A stretch of DNA of 63,926 nt, the filler included, from Chrysochromulina tobinii (lineage: Eukaryota): the NCBI GenBank assembly GCA_001275005.1. It is 6 parts of 6 records of this genome, joined end to end, with 100 filler letters (N's around TTAATTAATTAA, not from the genome) between each part and the next. Parts side by side here need not be neighbours in the genome. Positions count along the whole stretch, not along the records: positions 1 to 30,895 come from JWZX01000899.1; positions 30,996 to 50,129 come from JWZX01000903.1; 4 more parts are not named here. One strand, 5' to 3'. The notes beneath the pieces were generated by a model. The model was given only the letters and a program-made list of their open reading frames with translations, searched no databases and was not told where the DNA came from. Both the position numbers and the translations under genes were made by a program. Position 1 is the stretch's first letter; each line of letters starts with the position of its first letter. Of the stretch, positions 20,846 through 32,367 are shown piece by piece.

Positions 20846-23509
20846 ATGCCGGGCATCGACAAGAATGCCTACGCGCTCCTCACCAACATTCAAGGCTTCG
20901 ACTCCTTCTCGCTAGGCCCTCACAGCTCCATTGATGAGATCCAGCGCGCTTTCCACACGCAATCCCTCATTTGGCACCCGGACAAGAACCCGGGCGACAC
21001 GCAGGCGGTGCGCATCTACAAGAGAATGAAACGCTCGTACGATATTCTGATGGACCCGACATTGCGGAAGGCGCACGACGAGCGCATGACTGCAAACGCA
21101 TGCACTGCGACATCTGCCGGACGTGAGTCGCCACCCAGGAATGGGCGCTCCGGCGGCGCGGTGCGCCAGCCGCCGCCCGAGGATCTAGGTGCGCCCCCGC
21201 CGAGCGCCAAACCCTTTGCGTATGTCGACAGGGAGCCGCACGCTGCAACGCCCGCGTGCAAGGCTGGGCTGCGGCGCGGCGATGCGATCTTGCGGCTCGG
21301 CGAGGCGACGCACCTGCGCGAGGTGCCGGACCAGCTGATCGGCAGCGTGGGCGAGCCGCTCCCAGCGCTCGTAATAGACGTGCACGGCCGCTTCCTCAAG
21401 AAATGGGTGGTGCCCCACGCATGGGACAATCAAGCGCCTGCCTCTCTCCTCGGCTGCCAGATGTCCGACCAGTGCCCACTCGACTTGATCGCCACCCACC
21501 CCGTCGAAGTGAGCCGACACCGCCGCCTGAAGGCAGTCGAACAGGTGCTTGGAGTTCCGTGTCAAGACAACACCGTCAAGAACGGGGCCGCCTCAGCAAG
21601 CGCGCGCAGCAGCGCCAGAGGAGGCTCCAGCCGAGTCGTGGGGCCGGCGTGCGGCCACAGCAACGGCATGAGTAGGAGACAGCCCGGCAGCGGCCCCGGC
21701 GCGCCATCTGGCAACAGTATGCTGCAGCGCAGCGCGCAGGGCGTGCGCAACGAAGCGAGTGCAGCAGTGCGTACGGTGTCCAGGGGCGGCAACTGGATGC
21801 CGCGGATAATTCTGTTCCTCGCCTCGCTCGCAAATGTGGGACTAGGTCTGACGATCATGATCTTCCCGGCGGTCTCGTATGGCGTCTTCAACGTGTGGGA
21901 GCTGCCCTTCCTTCATTGCAACCAGGTCATCGCGTATCGGTACCGGTATGCCTACCCGCCCTTCCCGCCTGGGCTGGCGCCGCACCCGCCCTCGTTGCTC
22001 TCGCCTCCCTCGCCGTTGTCCTCGCTGCCAACGAGGCTGCAGCATGAGGAATTGCGCGCGCGCCAGCTGCTGAAAGGCGACAGCTTCGTGCCCGCCGTCG
22101 GCGAGGCGCTGCCGCCCGCATGGCCGCCGATGCCGTCAGGTTCGTCAGGTTCGCCAGGTTCGCCCGCACGGCCGCCAACACACGGCCAGGACACGGCGAC
22201 GCCGCCTCGGCCGCCGCTGCGCGGCACGGCTCAGCCGTCGGCGCATAAGGGGTTCTTTGCGCCGCCGCCGCCGCCGCCACCGCCGCCGCACCTCTTGGCG
22301 CCGCCTAGCCCCTCGAGCGACAGCGTCTTCGGCCAGGGAATCGTCCAGTCAGAGAGCACGCCGTCGGCCGCGGCCCACACGGACGCGCCGATGGCCGCTT
22401 TCGTGCACGAGTGGACGGCGACCAATCTCGGGGTAGACCTGATCCGCAACGCGATGCTTTACATTCTGATGGGCTCCGCGGTGATGATCGCGATCTCCCT
22501 CGTTGGGCTCGTGCTCGCATGCCTGCCCCCATCGCGGCTGCGCGGTGCGCTGATGGCGCTCTACCTGTGCGCGGGGCTCCCCTCCTGGGTCTTCCTCGTC
22601 TTCGTGGCGGTCGGCGCCGTGGCGCTGCGAGATTCGGCCGCGGCGCTCGTCACCACGTACTGGGACTGCCTCAAGGACCTCTCGCCCACGCATGCCTCGT
22701 CCATCCCACACAGGTTCACCGAGATGGAGGCGGCCGCGGGCTGCTGCATCGCCGCGGCCGTGCTCCTGCTCGTCGGACTGCTCGCTGCGTGCCGCGTCGT
22801 TGGCTGGCGCCACCTCGCGCGCCACACCGTCGGCATCGTCTCGCTCTTCAGAGGGCTCGTCGGCGTCTCATTCCTCGGGCTGGGCATCGTGCTCAAGCTC
22901 ACCTCCCAGGTGGAGGACGTCCTCTTCGACTGGCTGGTGATAGGGCTCGGCGGCGCGACGCTCTGCATCTCTTTGCTCGGCGTCTGTGGCTCGCGGAACG
23001 AGTCGAAGCGCCTGCTGCGCGTCTACACGCTCCTGCTCTTCGCGCTTCTCAGCGCCATCTTCGGAGTCGCCGTCTACCTGCTCGTCGATGTCACCGACGC
23101 GCTCTCATCGTGGTTCGATGCGAGCTGGGCTGCGATGGCCACGCACGTGTGCGCCTCGGCGCTCTCGCCGTCGTGCGCCGCGGCCGCCGCTCTCGACCCG
23201 AACGAGTGGATGAATGCGAGCTCGTGGACGTCCTCGCCCGTCATCACGCGTCAGGAGGTGCATGCGCTCGCCGCATCGCACCTGCTCTCGATCACGACGC
23301 TCGTGGTGCTCCTCTTCCTCGTGCTCCTCTTCGACCTGGTCATGGCGTGCGTACTCCAGTACCTCGTTGGCACGTACGGGCGCGAGGAGCCCTCTGCCGA
23401 CGAGCGCGAGATGCTGGCGCCCGCCGGAGACGACGAGGAGGTGCGCGGCTACGGCGCCAACTACGACCATGGCGAGGACGAGGACGAGGACGAGGACTAC
23501 CGCATGTAG
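20846..23509 (+). CDS. J-domain + PSMD9/Nas2-type PDZ + Pro-rich loop + about 8-TM (tandem tetraspanin-like) membrane protein
   Basis: HPDKNPGD J-domain; PFAYV..TPACKAGLRRGDAI..VPHAW..LLGC PDZ; repeated ISL(V/L)G and LLGVCGSRNESKRLLRVY tetraspanin-like TM2-TM3 motifs. Confidence 0.7.
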   Translation: MPGIDKNAYALLTNIQGFDSFSLGPHSSIDEIQRAFHTQSLIWHPDKNPGDTQAVRIYKRMKRSYDILMDPTLRKAHDERMTANACTATSAGRESPPRNGRSGGAVRQPPPEDLGAPPPSAKPFAYVDREPHAATPACKAGLRRGDAILRLGEATHLREVPDQLIGSVGEPLPALVIDVHGRFLKKWVVPHAWDNQAPASLLGCQMSDQCPLDLIATHPVEVSRHRRLKAVEQVLGVPCQDNTVKNGAASASARSSARGGSSRVVGPACGHSNGMSRRQPGSGPGAPSGNSMLQRSAQGVRNEASAAVRTVSRGGNWMPRIILFLASLANVGLGLTIMIFPAVSYGVFNVWELPFLHCNQVIAYRYRYAYPPFPPGLAPHPPSLLSPPSPLSSLPTRLQHEELRARQLLKGDSFVPAVGEALPPAWPPMPSGSSGSPGSPARPPTHGQDTATPPRPPLRGTAQPSAHKGFFAPPPPPPPPPHLLAPPSPSSDSVFGQGIVQSESTPSAAAHTDAPMAAFVHEWTATNLGVDLIRNAMLYILMGSAVMIAISLVGLVLACLPPSRLRGALMALYLCAGLPSWVFLVFVAVGAVALRDSAAALVTTYWDCLKDLSPTHASSIPHRFTEMEAAAGCCIAAAVLLLVGLLAACRVVGWRHLARHTVGIVSLFRGLVGVSFLGLGIVLKLTSQVEDVLFDWLVIGLGGATLCISLLGVCGSRNESKRLLRVYTLLLFALLSAIFGVAVYLLVDVTDALSSWFDASWAAMATHVCASALSPSCAAAAALDPNEWMNASSWTSSPVITRQEVHALAASHLLSITTLVVLLFLVLLFDLVMACVLQYLVGTYGREEPSADEREMLAPAGDDEEVRGYGANYDHGEDEDEDEDYRM

Positions 23510-23882
23510 AGAGAGGGCGCGGGCGTCCCCGTCCGCAGCTCAGATATGTCAGATTAATGTCAGATACAGCGCATACAGAATGTGTGCTCTGCACAGCACA
23601 GCTCACCTTACGGTGCAAGCTCCTCTGCGAAACAAACGTGAGCACTTTACACCCGACGGTCGCACGTCCCGATACAACGAGACACGGGTTACGTACGTTT
23701 AAAAACGAGGCTTCGCTCTCCACCCTGAGTCTCGCGTGAGTCCGCTCCACAACTCGCACGGTCCTCACGCCGGTCCTCACGTGCGCCAAATGGTCAAGCG
23801 TGGCGTGTGATACGCTGCGACGGCGCCGTGGCCACGCACGGTGCCCACCGCACGCGCTCCGGCCATCAAAGACCAAACGACT

Positions 23883-25316
23883 TCAGAAGAGGTAACACCG
23901 CGAGTGGAGCGCTGTCGCGCCGACCGCGGCAGCAAGCACCAGCATCCCCCACGTGCGCTGGCGGCGGGTGGCGCCGGACAGCGCCGCGCGCTCGAGTGCC
24001 AGTTCGTCCACCTCGATGTCAGACGTATCGACGCCGAGCCGACGGCTCACCTCCATAGCGGACTTGACGCCGTTCTCGAGCAGGGGCATGCTGTAGCGCG
24101 CGTACGCGCCCACGAACCAGATGTGCCCGACACCCTGCGACGTGGCGAGCTGCGCCATCCCCGCTTCGCTCGCGGGTGTCACCACCGGTCGCTCGAAGCT
24201 GTAGTCGGCGAGCACACTCCCTTTAGAAGGCTCCACATCCGGGTTCCACGTCTGGAAGATGGGGCCTTTGAGCTCGCGCCGGAGATCGCCGTCGATGCGA
24301 TTCATCCAGACGGTGACCGAAGCTGCGTCCGCGCCCGGTGCGGCGACGATGTTGAGCGGCGACCAGTCGCGCTCGTTGGGCGGCATGAGGCTCGCGTCCG
24401 TGTGCAGCACGACGCGCTTGGACTCATACTTGAAGGACGCGAGCGCCTCGATCTGGCTGAGCTCGCGCGTCTTGAGCACGCGCAGGCTCGCGTTGGCCTG
24501 CATCGCGAGCACGACCTCGTCGAACTCTTCCGAGAGCTCGCGCCCGTCGGCGCCGCGCCACGTCACCAGCGCGCGCTCGCGCCCGCCGGCGAACGGCTGC
24601 GCCGCGTCCACTCGCGTGATCGTCGCTGAGGTGATCACCCGCTCCACTGGCTGCGTGATGCGATCGACCACGTCTCGCGTGCCCTCATAAGCGCGGCACT
24701 GCGCGCCCGAGAGGCCGTACTTGTTGGCAAAGTAGTCCACCACGATCGACGCGGGGTACGCCTCCACCGACGCGTAGGAACACGTGCAGACCACAGAAAG
24801 CATCGGGTACAGCAGGCACGTGGCAAACTCCTTGCTGTAGCCGTGCCGCTCGAGGAAGGTACCCAATCGAAGCTCGCCCGCCTCGGCTGCGAGCTTGGCA
24901 GGTGCGCGGTTGACGAAATGCGCAAACTGGAAGGCGAGCCGCACGCACTTGAAGAGCTCCCGCACATTCAGGCAGAGCGGCAATGGCAGCGCCATGTCCG
25001 CCACGAAGAAGTTGATGTAACGGAAGTAAGAGGCGGCGGCGGCGGCGGGACGGCACGAGAAGGAGTAATCGGCGTGCCGGTACTTGACGCCGAGGTGCTT
25101 GTAGATGCTGCATAGATTCGGATAGTACGACTCTGAGAAGACACGGAGCGGAATATCCATCCGGGCGCCGTGGGCATCAAGCGAGTGCGCGTCCATCCCG
25201 ACCGCGGCCTCTCGCTCGAAGATGGTCACCGTATGCTCCCGGCTCAGAAGGTACGCCGTCGACAAACCCGCCACGCCGGAGCCGACGACTGCAACCTTCT
25301 TGCCCTTCATCGGCAT
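23883..25316 (-). CDS. FAD-dependent oxidoreductase (amine oxidase-like, resembling the cyclopropane-synthase-associated flavoprotein) with C-terminal membrane anchor
   Basis: VAVVGSGVAGLSTAY Rossmann motif, DIPLRVFSESYYPN, VVLHTDASLMP, QGVGHIWFVGAY, LENGVKSA. Confidence 0.85.
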   Translation of the reverse strand: MPMKGKKVAVVGSGVAGLSTAYLLSREHTVTIFEREAAVGMDAHSLDAHGARMDIPLRVFSESYYPNLCSIYKHLGVKYRHADYSFSCRPAAAAASYFRYINFFVADMALPLPLCLNVRELFKCVRLAFQFAHFVNRAPAKLAAEAGELRLGTFLERHGYSKEFATCLLYPMLSVVCTCSYASVEAYPASIVVDYFANKYGLSGAQCRAYEGTRDVVDRITQPVERVITSATITRVDAAQPFAGGRERALVTWRGADGRELSEEFDEVVLAMQANASLRVLKTRELSQIEALASFKYESKRVVLHTDASLMPPNERDWSPLNIVAAPGADAASVTVWMNRIDGDLRRELKGPIFQTWNPDVEPSKGSVLADYSFERPVVTPASEAGMAQLATSQGVGHIWFVGAYARYSMPLLENGVKSAMEVSRRLGVDTSDIEVDELALERAALSGATRRQRTWGMLVLAAAVGATALHSRCYLF

Positions 25317-25967
25317 CGCGGAGTAGTGCTTGATGAAGAATGCTTGCGTCCTTGGAAACTCCTGTGAATTTCCTACTCTTCAGCGCGCTTCTTCACAGCC
25401 AATGTTTATATGTCGAAACCAAGAACACCGGACCGGCGTACAAACGGATGCGGTGGACGCTAGCTCATAAGGAAGTCCCGTGGCCTCCGGGTTGGGTCCC
25501 CCTTCCTTTGTCTTCTTAAAACCGCCAACGACCACAGGTAAGCGCGGATGTGCGCGGTGTTCACGACTTCACGTCATTATGACATTATCTCTCGGGGGTC
25601 GGGATCTCACACAGTGGCGACGCAGAGACCAGAGTGGCGGCTGGCGGTCGAACCAGCACGATCTTGCATCGTCAGCCTACAGGTTACAGGACTTGGGCCT
25701 ACCTGCGCTACCTGATACTTACAGGCGCGGCCCGGCCGCCCCCGGCCCCGCCGCGCCGTAGGAAGACGTATTTGTGCGCAGTCGACAAGAGGACCAATAA
25801 ATATACTTTTATAGTACAGGATAGAGCCGCCGCTTCGCTTGGAGGCCGGCTGATGTTGTTCAATTGAAGAATTGTGTACATGTGCTGCCTAGGAATAATT
25901 CCTAGTCGGAAGTCGCTAGTCCGAAGTCCCGATCCGTCGAAATGCAGACCCGAGAGGACCGGTGGAT

Positions 25968-27803
25968 TCATATCCGGCTGCGCAGCCTCGAGCCGACCCG
26001 CATCTGCGCAAAGCGCGCCACGAAGCTCGCGATCTTGGCGGGCCACGCGCGCAGACCGAGCCGCTGCGGCCCGCCGCCGAGCAGCAGCTGCGCGAGCGCG
26101 GCGCAATCCTCCTTGCCCGGGCCGCTGCTCACGTGCTCGTGCCCAATGGCCTGTAGCTCGCGCAACTTGGGTAGGCTCGTCTCATCGAGCGAGTAGCGCG
26201 GGATGGCCGGGTTGAAGCGGAAGTAGGGCACGTGGAGGATGGGCAGCATATCAGAGAGCATTTGGTGCACCTCCTCGGTCCGTGTGGCGGCGCCGACGAG
26301 CGTCTGCACGGTACTCGAGATGGAGCCCACCTCGCGCTCACTCCGCTCCATCGAGATGAACTGTCCCGTACCGAACGAGGCAAGCAGCGCGATCGGCGTG
26401 TCCGGATAGAGCAGCCGCGCCTCATGAAGCGCGAGCGCCGCCGGGTTGTTCGCCAGCAGCGCACCGTCCTGGAAGACAAGGGATCGGGATGCCGGCGCCG
26501 AGGCATGCGGGATGCCGCTCCCCGTACCAGTGTTGCTGCTGCTGCTGCTGCTGCTCCTGCTGCTCCTCCTGCTGCTGCTGCTACCAGAGACAGATGCGCC
26601 CGCGTCGGGCACCGCTGCCGCCGCTGCCATCGCCAATGCCTCGGCCGCCTCCGCGGCTTCGGCAGCCTCTGCTGCGGCGAGCGCGGCGGCCGCCTCCGTG
26701 CCAGCCGCGTGGCTCGTCGCCACGTCGTGATCCACCCGCGCCGCCGGGAAGAAGGAGGGCGCCGCGGTGGTCGCGCGGAGCGCCTGCCATAGCGGCACCG
26801 CAGAGGAGCCCTCGCTGTGGCTATTCGCGCCGAGCCGGCGAGTGGGAGAGCGACTCGGCGCCGTACTGGGCGAGGCTCCCGAGGCTCCAACGTCGGCCAG
26901 CGAGGTGGCAGGATACTCGTAGTTGCGGAAGAGGTAGGGGACGACGGGCGCGCGCGAGGTGAGGCACGCGACGATGAGCAGGTGTAGCGGCGGAGGAGGC
27001 GGCACGGGCGGCGCGGCCGCCACCGCCGCCGCCGCTGCCGCCGCCGCTGCCGCCGGTTCGAGCGACGGCGCGGACGTGGACGGTCCAGGACCCGCGGCGG
27101 TTGCGTGCTTGGCCGCGGACGAGGCAGCGCGGTTGTGCATGTGCGTGTACCATGTGGCGTTGGCCGAGGCGCACGCGAGCTCCTGCAGCGCACGGCGCTC
27201 GAGCATGCTCAGGCTATCCGAGGCCGCGTCGGGAGCGTTCTCAAGCTTGGGCAGCTGTGCTAGCGTCTGCTTGAGCAGCGCCTCGAGCCGCGACGCCTGG
27301 TACGTGGCGCCCGTGAGCGCGAGCTGAACCCCCTTGAGGCGCGGCTTCTTGAAGATCTGCGCAGCAAGCTCGAGGTAGAGTTCTTCGATCTCCTCGATCG
27401 GCAGCCGCTCCTGGATGCCAGCGGCGAGGATGCCACCGGTGGACGTACCTGCCACTACGTCAAACATCTCGTGAACGCGCCGGCCAGTCTCACGCTCGAG
27501 ACCCTTGAGCATTTCGATGGTGACGAGCGCGCGCGTGCCGCCGCCATCGAGGGAGAGGATGCGCACCCCACCGCGGCCCGGCGCGATCATCCTGCCGTCG
27601 CGCCCACGTATGCGCGACGGCGGGCAGCCAAGAAGTGTCAGGAGGAGCGCCGCTCTATAGGAGACCGCGGTGCCGGAGACGACGGCGGCGGCAAGCCGGG
27701 CACGCAGCCGTGAGTCCAGCGAGAGGATTGCGCGCTGAGCGGGATCTTTGGTCGCCGCAGACAACCATTTGTCCAGTTCGGTCGCCTCGACAGGGGCGAC
27801 CAT
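25968..27803 (-). CDS. Patatin-like phospholipase (iPLA2-gamma/PNPLA8-like)
   Basis: ILSLDGGGTR, GTSTGG nucleophile elbow, WQALRATTAAPSFF, DGALLANNP, SFGTG, YFRFNP. Confidence 0.9.
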   Translation of the reverse strand: MVAPVEATELDKWLSAATKDPAQRAILSLDSRLRARLAAAVVSGTAVSYRAALLLTLLGCPPSRIRGRDGRMIAPGRGGVRILSLDGGGTRALVTIEMLKGLERETGRRVHEMFDVVAGTSTGGILAAGIQERLPIEEIEELYLELAAQIFKKPRLKGVQLALTGATYQASRLEALLKQTLAQLPKLENAPDAASDSLSMLERRALQELACASANATWYTHMHNRAASSAAKHATAAGPGPSTSAPSLEPAAAAAAAAAAVAAAPPVPPPPPLHLLIVACLTSRAPVVPYLFRNYEYPATSLADVGASGASPSTAPSRSPTRRLGANSHSEGSSAVPLWQALRATTAAPSFFPAARVDHDVATSHAAGTEAAAALAAAEAAEAAEAAEALAMAAAAAVPDAGASVSGSSSSRRSSRSSSSSSSNTGTGSGIPHASAPASRSLVFQDGALLANNPAALALHEARLLYPDTPIALLASFGTGQFISMERSEREVGSISSTVQTLVGAATRTEEVHQMLSDMLPILHVPYFRFNPAIPRYSLDETSLPKLRELQAIGHEHVSSGPGKEDCAALAQLLLGGGPQRLGLRAWPAKIASFVARFAQMRVGSRLRSRI

Positions 27804-28026
27804 CGTCCCGTCCGCCCGCGAGATTCAGGAAGATTTTATACACAGTAAGACTCAGGATGATTCGGACAGTTGAGGATGCAACAGCGCGCCTCCAGGGTCA
27901 CCGTTTAAAAAATTTCGCGATAGCGTAACCACCGTCGTGTGTCAAAGCAACGCTGCCACGCCGCAGCTTGTGTCCAGCGCGCGCCCGGCTCGGGTTTAAC
28001 GCGTCTCGTGTCAGTCAGCGCGCGGC

Positions 28027-30469
28027 ATGTACCGCGACGACGACCGCAGGCGGCCGGATGACCGGCGCGATCGCGACTACGACCGGCGCGATCGCGACGA
28101 CGACGACCGGCGCCGCGACGACCGGTACAGCTACCGTGACGACCGCGAGAGCGATCGAGACCGCTACGACTCGCACCGCCGCGAGGAGGACCGCCGAGCA
28201 CGTGAGCGTGAACGCGCGCGCGAGCGTGAGAGCGAGAGAGACCGCGACCGCGACCGCTTGCCTAAACGCAGCGGCGCTCCTGTGATCAACGATCGGGGCT
28301 TTGGCAGCGCGATTCAGGCCGCGACGAGTGGACAAGGCGGCGGCGGCAAGGCCGGCGGCGGCGGCGGCGGCGGCGGCAGCAGCAGCCTTGGTCAGTCTGC
28401 GGCGGCGCGTCAGGCCGAGGAGGCGGCGGCACGCGAGGAGCGCGCGCGCAAGAAGGCTGAGGAGGAGGCCGAGTACCAGCGTCGCGTGGCCGAGCAGCTC
28501 GAGGAGGTGGAGGAGGACGAGGAGGAGGCTGAGGCGCGGCGCATCGAGGAGGCACGCAAGAAGCGCGCCGAGATTGCCGCGCGGCACGCGGCGCAACCAA
28601 AGGCTGCGCCTCCCGCAGAGGGAGGAGCCTCAACACAGGTGGTTGCACATCGCACGCACGTCGCAGCGGAGTTGATGCCATCCGCTCCCCCAATCTCGGG
28701 CCCCGCTGCGTGCGCGGGTCCCGCCGCGCCCGCGGGGTCTTGCTCGCAGCCCAGCGCCTGTCTGCCCGCGGCGTCCGCAGGTCAGAGTCCGCTTACGGCC
28801 GCCGACGATGTCATCATGTCCGAGGCGACTGAGCAGGGCGGTGCTCATATCCAGGGCGGTGCGCACAAGGGGGATAGCGCCGCGCCGCCCGGCCTGCCCG
28901 GCCTGCCCACTGATGATTTGGCCGTCGCAGACGGACAGGAGAACGATGAGGACTCTGATGAGGACCGTCCGAGGCCAGAGTTGAGGCGCGTGACATCGAC
29001 CGACGAGGAGGGCAAGCGCAAGGAGGCCGAACTGCGCCAGTACCTCGCGAATCACCGGCGCCGCTCCGAAGCTTTTGGCTCCGGGCCGAAGAATCCAAAG
29101 GCAGACGAGGCCGGGGGCGAGCCGAGCGAGGCCGCCACTGGGGTCGGTGCGGCGGCGGGCAGCAGCAGCGATACCAAGGCGGCGGGGGGCGCGGAGGGTG
29201 CGGGGGGCTTCGACATGTTTAGCGAGACGTTCACCGAAAAGGAGATTGACGGACCCAACATGGAGGAGGTGGATGAGGCAGCCCTTATGGACCGTGGCGA
29301 CAACTACGACGATAAGGAGGGCTATTACGCGCATCGGGTGGGTGACATCCTCAATGATCGTTACAAGGTGCGCCGTGCCAGAATGCGCCGCCTGCTCCTT
29401 CACGTCCTCCTGGGCACTTCGCGTCCTTGTGCTTTGCCCAAGGGCTGACGCAGCCTGCGCTCGTCTCTCTCGTGCCGTCGGTGCTGGTGCGCAGGTGCTC
29501 GGTTCGTACGGCAAGGGCGTCTTTTCGACGGTGGTGCGCTGCCTCGACATGAAGAACGCGGTGCCGGGCACCGAGGTGGCCATCAAGGTGCAGCGCAACA
29601 ACGAGATGATGCGCCGTGCGGGTGAGAAGGAGATCGCATTCCTTATGCAGATTGAGCAAAACGACCCCGAGCGCAAGCGGCACTGCATCATCTTCCTCGA
29701 CCAGTTCGACCACGAGGACCACTTGTGCATGGTCTTCGAGGCGATGCACCAAAACCTGCGCTCGGCCGTCAAGCAGCATGGGCACAAGCGCGGGATCGCG
29801 ATGGAGGCCGTCAAGACCTATGCTCGCCAGATGTTTATTGCGCTGCGCTATCTCGAGCGGCTCAATATCATGCACGCCGACCTCAAGCCGGATAACATGG
29901 TCGTCAACGACAAGTACAACCTGCTCAAGATCTGCGACTTTGGCTCGGCCTCGACGGGCGACGACAACGAGGTCACTCCGTACCTTGTCTCTCGCTTTTA
30001 CCGAGCGCCAGAGGTGATGATGGGGCTGCAGTACGGCTGCCCGATCGACATGTGGGCGGCGGCCGTGTCCATCTTCGAGCTGTACACGGGCAAGATCATG
30101 TTCCAAGGCACGTCGAACAATGCGATGCTCAAGCTCATCCAGGAGGTCAAGGGCAAGATGCCGCACAAGCTCATCCGCAAGGGTGTCTTCTCAGAGCTCC
30201 ATTTCGATCCCGACTACGACTTCCTCTTCAAGGAGCGAGATCGCGTCTCGGGGCGCGAGATTGTGCGCGTGCTCAAGTTTGAGCAGCGGCCGATGCCCGG
30301 CAAGGACCTCAAGTCGCTCCTGATGCCCATGAAGCTTCCAGAGGCCGAGGCGCGCAAAGTGATGCAACTCGCCGACCTGCTCGAAAAGGCACTCATGCTT
30401 GACCCTTCCAAGCGCCTGACCCCTTCGGAAGCTCTCAAGCATCCCTTCTGCGACGTCAGCCGCAAGTGA
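28027..30469 (+). CDS. PRP4K: Spliceosomal PRP4 serine/threonine kinase; intron 29368-29494
   Basis: RD-rich N-terminus, NYDDKEGYY, GKGVFSTVV, HADLKPDN, CDFGSA, TPYLVSRFYRAPE; phase-0 AAG|GTGCGC...CAG|GTGCTC intron. Confidence 0.93.
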
Positions 30470-30895
30470 AGCTCAGGCGCTTGTGTGTGTCAAACGCGAA
30501 GACGCGATGCGAGAAGTTTGACACACGATCGGATGGAACCGGACGTGAGCCGAGACAGGATTGAGGAGACCGAAGAATGCGAGGCGTGACTGACTCGTCA
30601 CTGACTCCGTACGTGGCGGGTGGCGCGTGGAGTTTGCAGATTGGAGATTGCACACGTCTCTGCTGTCTTCACGGCGCGCGACGGGGCCCGACACCGACGG
30701 CCGACACGCGCCGGAACCCGTGGGCGTGCGGCAGGCCCGATTTGCCGATTACCGTCCGGGTCCGCCGCTCCGCCCGTTTACCCTTTACCCTTTTCCGCCG
30801 GCACAAGGAGCGGTTCTGAGGTCAGGTCGGACCGCTGAGGAAATGACGCTTTTTTTTGCCCAGGAGGTGTCCAGAGGGTGTTTCGAGACTCCCTG

Positions 30896-30995
30896 NNNNN
30901 NNNNNNNNNNNNNNNNNNNNNNNNNNNNNNNNNNNNNNNTTAATTAATTAANNNNNNNNNNNNNNNNNNNNNNNNNNNNNNNNNNNNNNNNNNNN
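30896..30995. other. Artificial contig spacer (N-run with TTAATTAATTAA six-frame stop linker)
   Basis: Exactly 100 nt, same layout at five positions. Confidence 0.98.
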
Positions 30996-31047
<52 letters not shown>

Positions 31048-32192
31048 AGTGGCCGCGCCTCCGTCCGGGGAGATGCGCGTGGCGAAGTGATCGATCCGTC
31101 GGCGGAACGCGAGGTGGAAGCGGCGGCACCATTGCCATTGCGCGTCGAGGCGCCGTCAGCGCTGCGCGAGGATGGGGCGGGAGGCGCCGCGGACGGTGCG
31201 AACGCGAGCGCACTCGCGCCGTCGCCGCCCGCCCCGTCGCCGCCACCCGCCGCACCGCTCGTGCCCAGCGCGCCGAGGTGGGCGGCCACGGCGCGGGGAC
31301 GCGCGGCGGTCAACAAAAGTGCATGCAGCCGACGCAGCCGCCTTCGCGCCGTCTCGAGCTCGTGCTGCGCGTAGGAGGGGGTGTGCTTTAGAGAGGTGAG
31401 CGCGTCGGTCAGAGACGCGGTGCGCGTGAGCGCCTTCATCGAGGCCGCTTGCTCGAGGAGCTCGCGCACGAGCTTGACTGAGGTGCGCGTAGGCTCACCG
31501 GCCTCCGTCTTCAGCCCCTCCTCCGCCGCCGGCGCCGCCTCCCCGCCCGCCGCCTCCCTAGCCTCATTGTCGGCGGCGATCTGGGCAGCCGCACCGAGCA
31601 CGTCGTTGCGCAGCTGGATCAACGAGAGCCGCTCGCGCTCGCGGTGCTGCAGCGTACGGAGCGCCGCCTCGAGCGAGCCGCCGTCCTTCGAATGCACACC
31701 CGCGAAGGCACGAATGCGCGCCTCGAGGTGGCGAGCGGCCTCGACCTCGGCGGCGACGGCGCGCCACCCGTCCAAACCGAGCGTCGCGCCCATCACCTTC
31801 TCCGCCTCCTTGAGCTCGGTGAGCGCGCGCATCGCGTCCTCGATTGAGTCGAGCGCCGCTTCCACCGACATCTGGTTGGTGCTCTGCAGCAGCCGGTTTT
31901 GGAGCTCGCGCAGCTCGCCCACCTCGCGCAGCAGCGAGGTGAGCGCGGCGAGCGGGTCGCTCTCGCCCGTCATCGTGCGCACCTCGCTCATCTGCAGCAG
32001 CAGCCGGCTGCCCGGGCCGGCCGGCGCCGAGGCCGCCGACTTGGCGCTCGAGAAGCGCGAGCGCACGATGCCGTCAACGTCGCCCTCCTCGAGGCGCGAG
32101 CGCACAGTCGCGTGCACGTCCGCGCAGATCGAGGGCGAGCACAGAGTGCTCGCGCCGAAAAGGCCAGGAGCGGTGGCCGCAAAGGGCATCAT
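30996..32192 (-). CDS. Hypothetical coiled-coil protein, 3'-truncated at a (GGC)n poly-Gly run at the gap
   Basis: Open frame from the ATG at 32192 to the gap; heptad-like Ala/Glu/Leu-rich sequence. Confidence 0.65.
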
Positions 32193-32367
32193 TTTGATTC
32201 TGTGAATTCTGTGTGAATAATTTCTCAAGGGGGGCTACCACTCCGAGCGCGAGATCCGGCGCGCCCGCGCCGGGCCGCCTCCCTGTCGAGAATACGGCAT
32301 TCTAGATCTTATTCACGCGCTGGACCCAATCGGGTCGTCGGCGCGAGACTCCGACGCCGCTCGGCAC

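Noticed and set aside
25715..25765. ATACTTAC followed by a GC hairpin as U1 snRNA
   Set aside because: The sequence continues AGG rather than CTG, and I see no U1-70K loop or Sm site.
30896..30995. TTAATTAATTAA palindrome recurring five times
   Set aside because: It is always centred in a 100-nt N spacer, so it is an artificial six-frame-stop linker and not a biological site.
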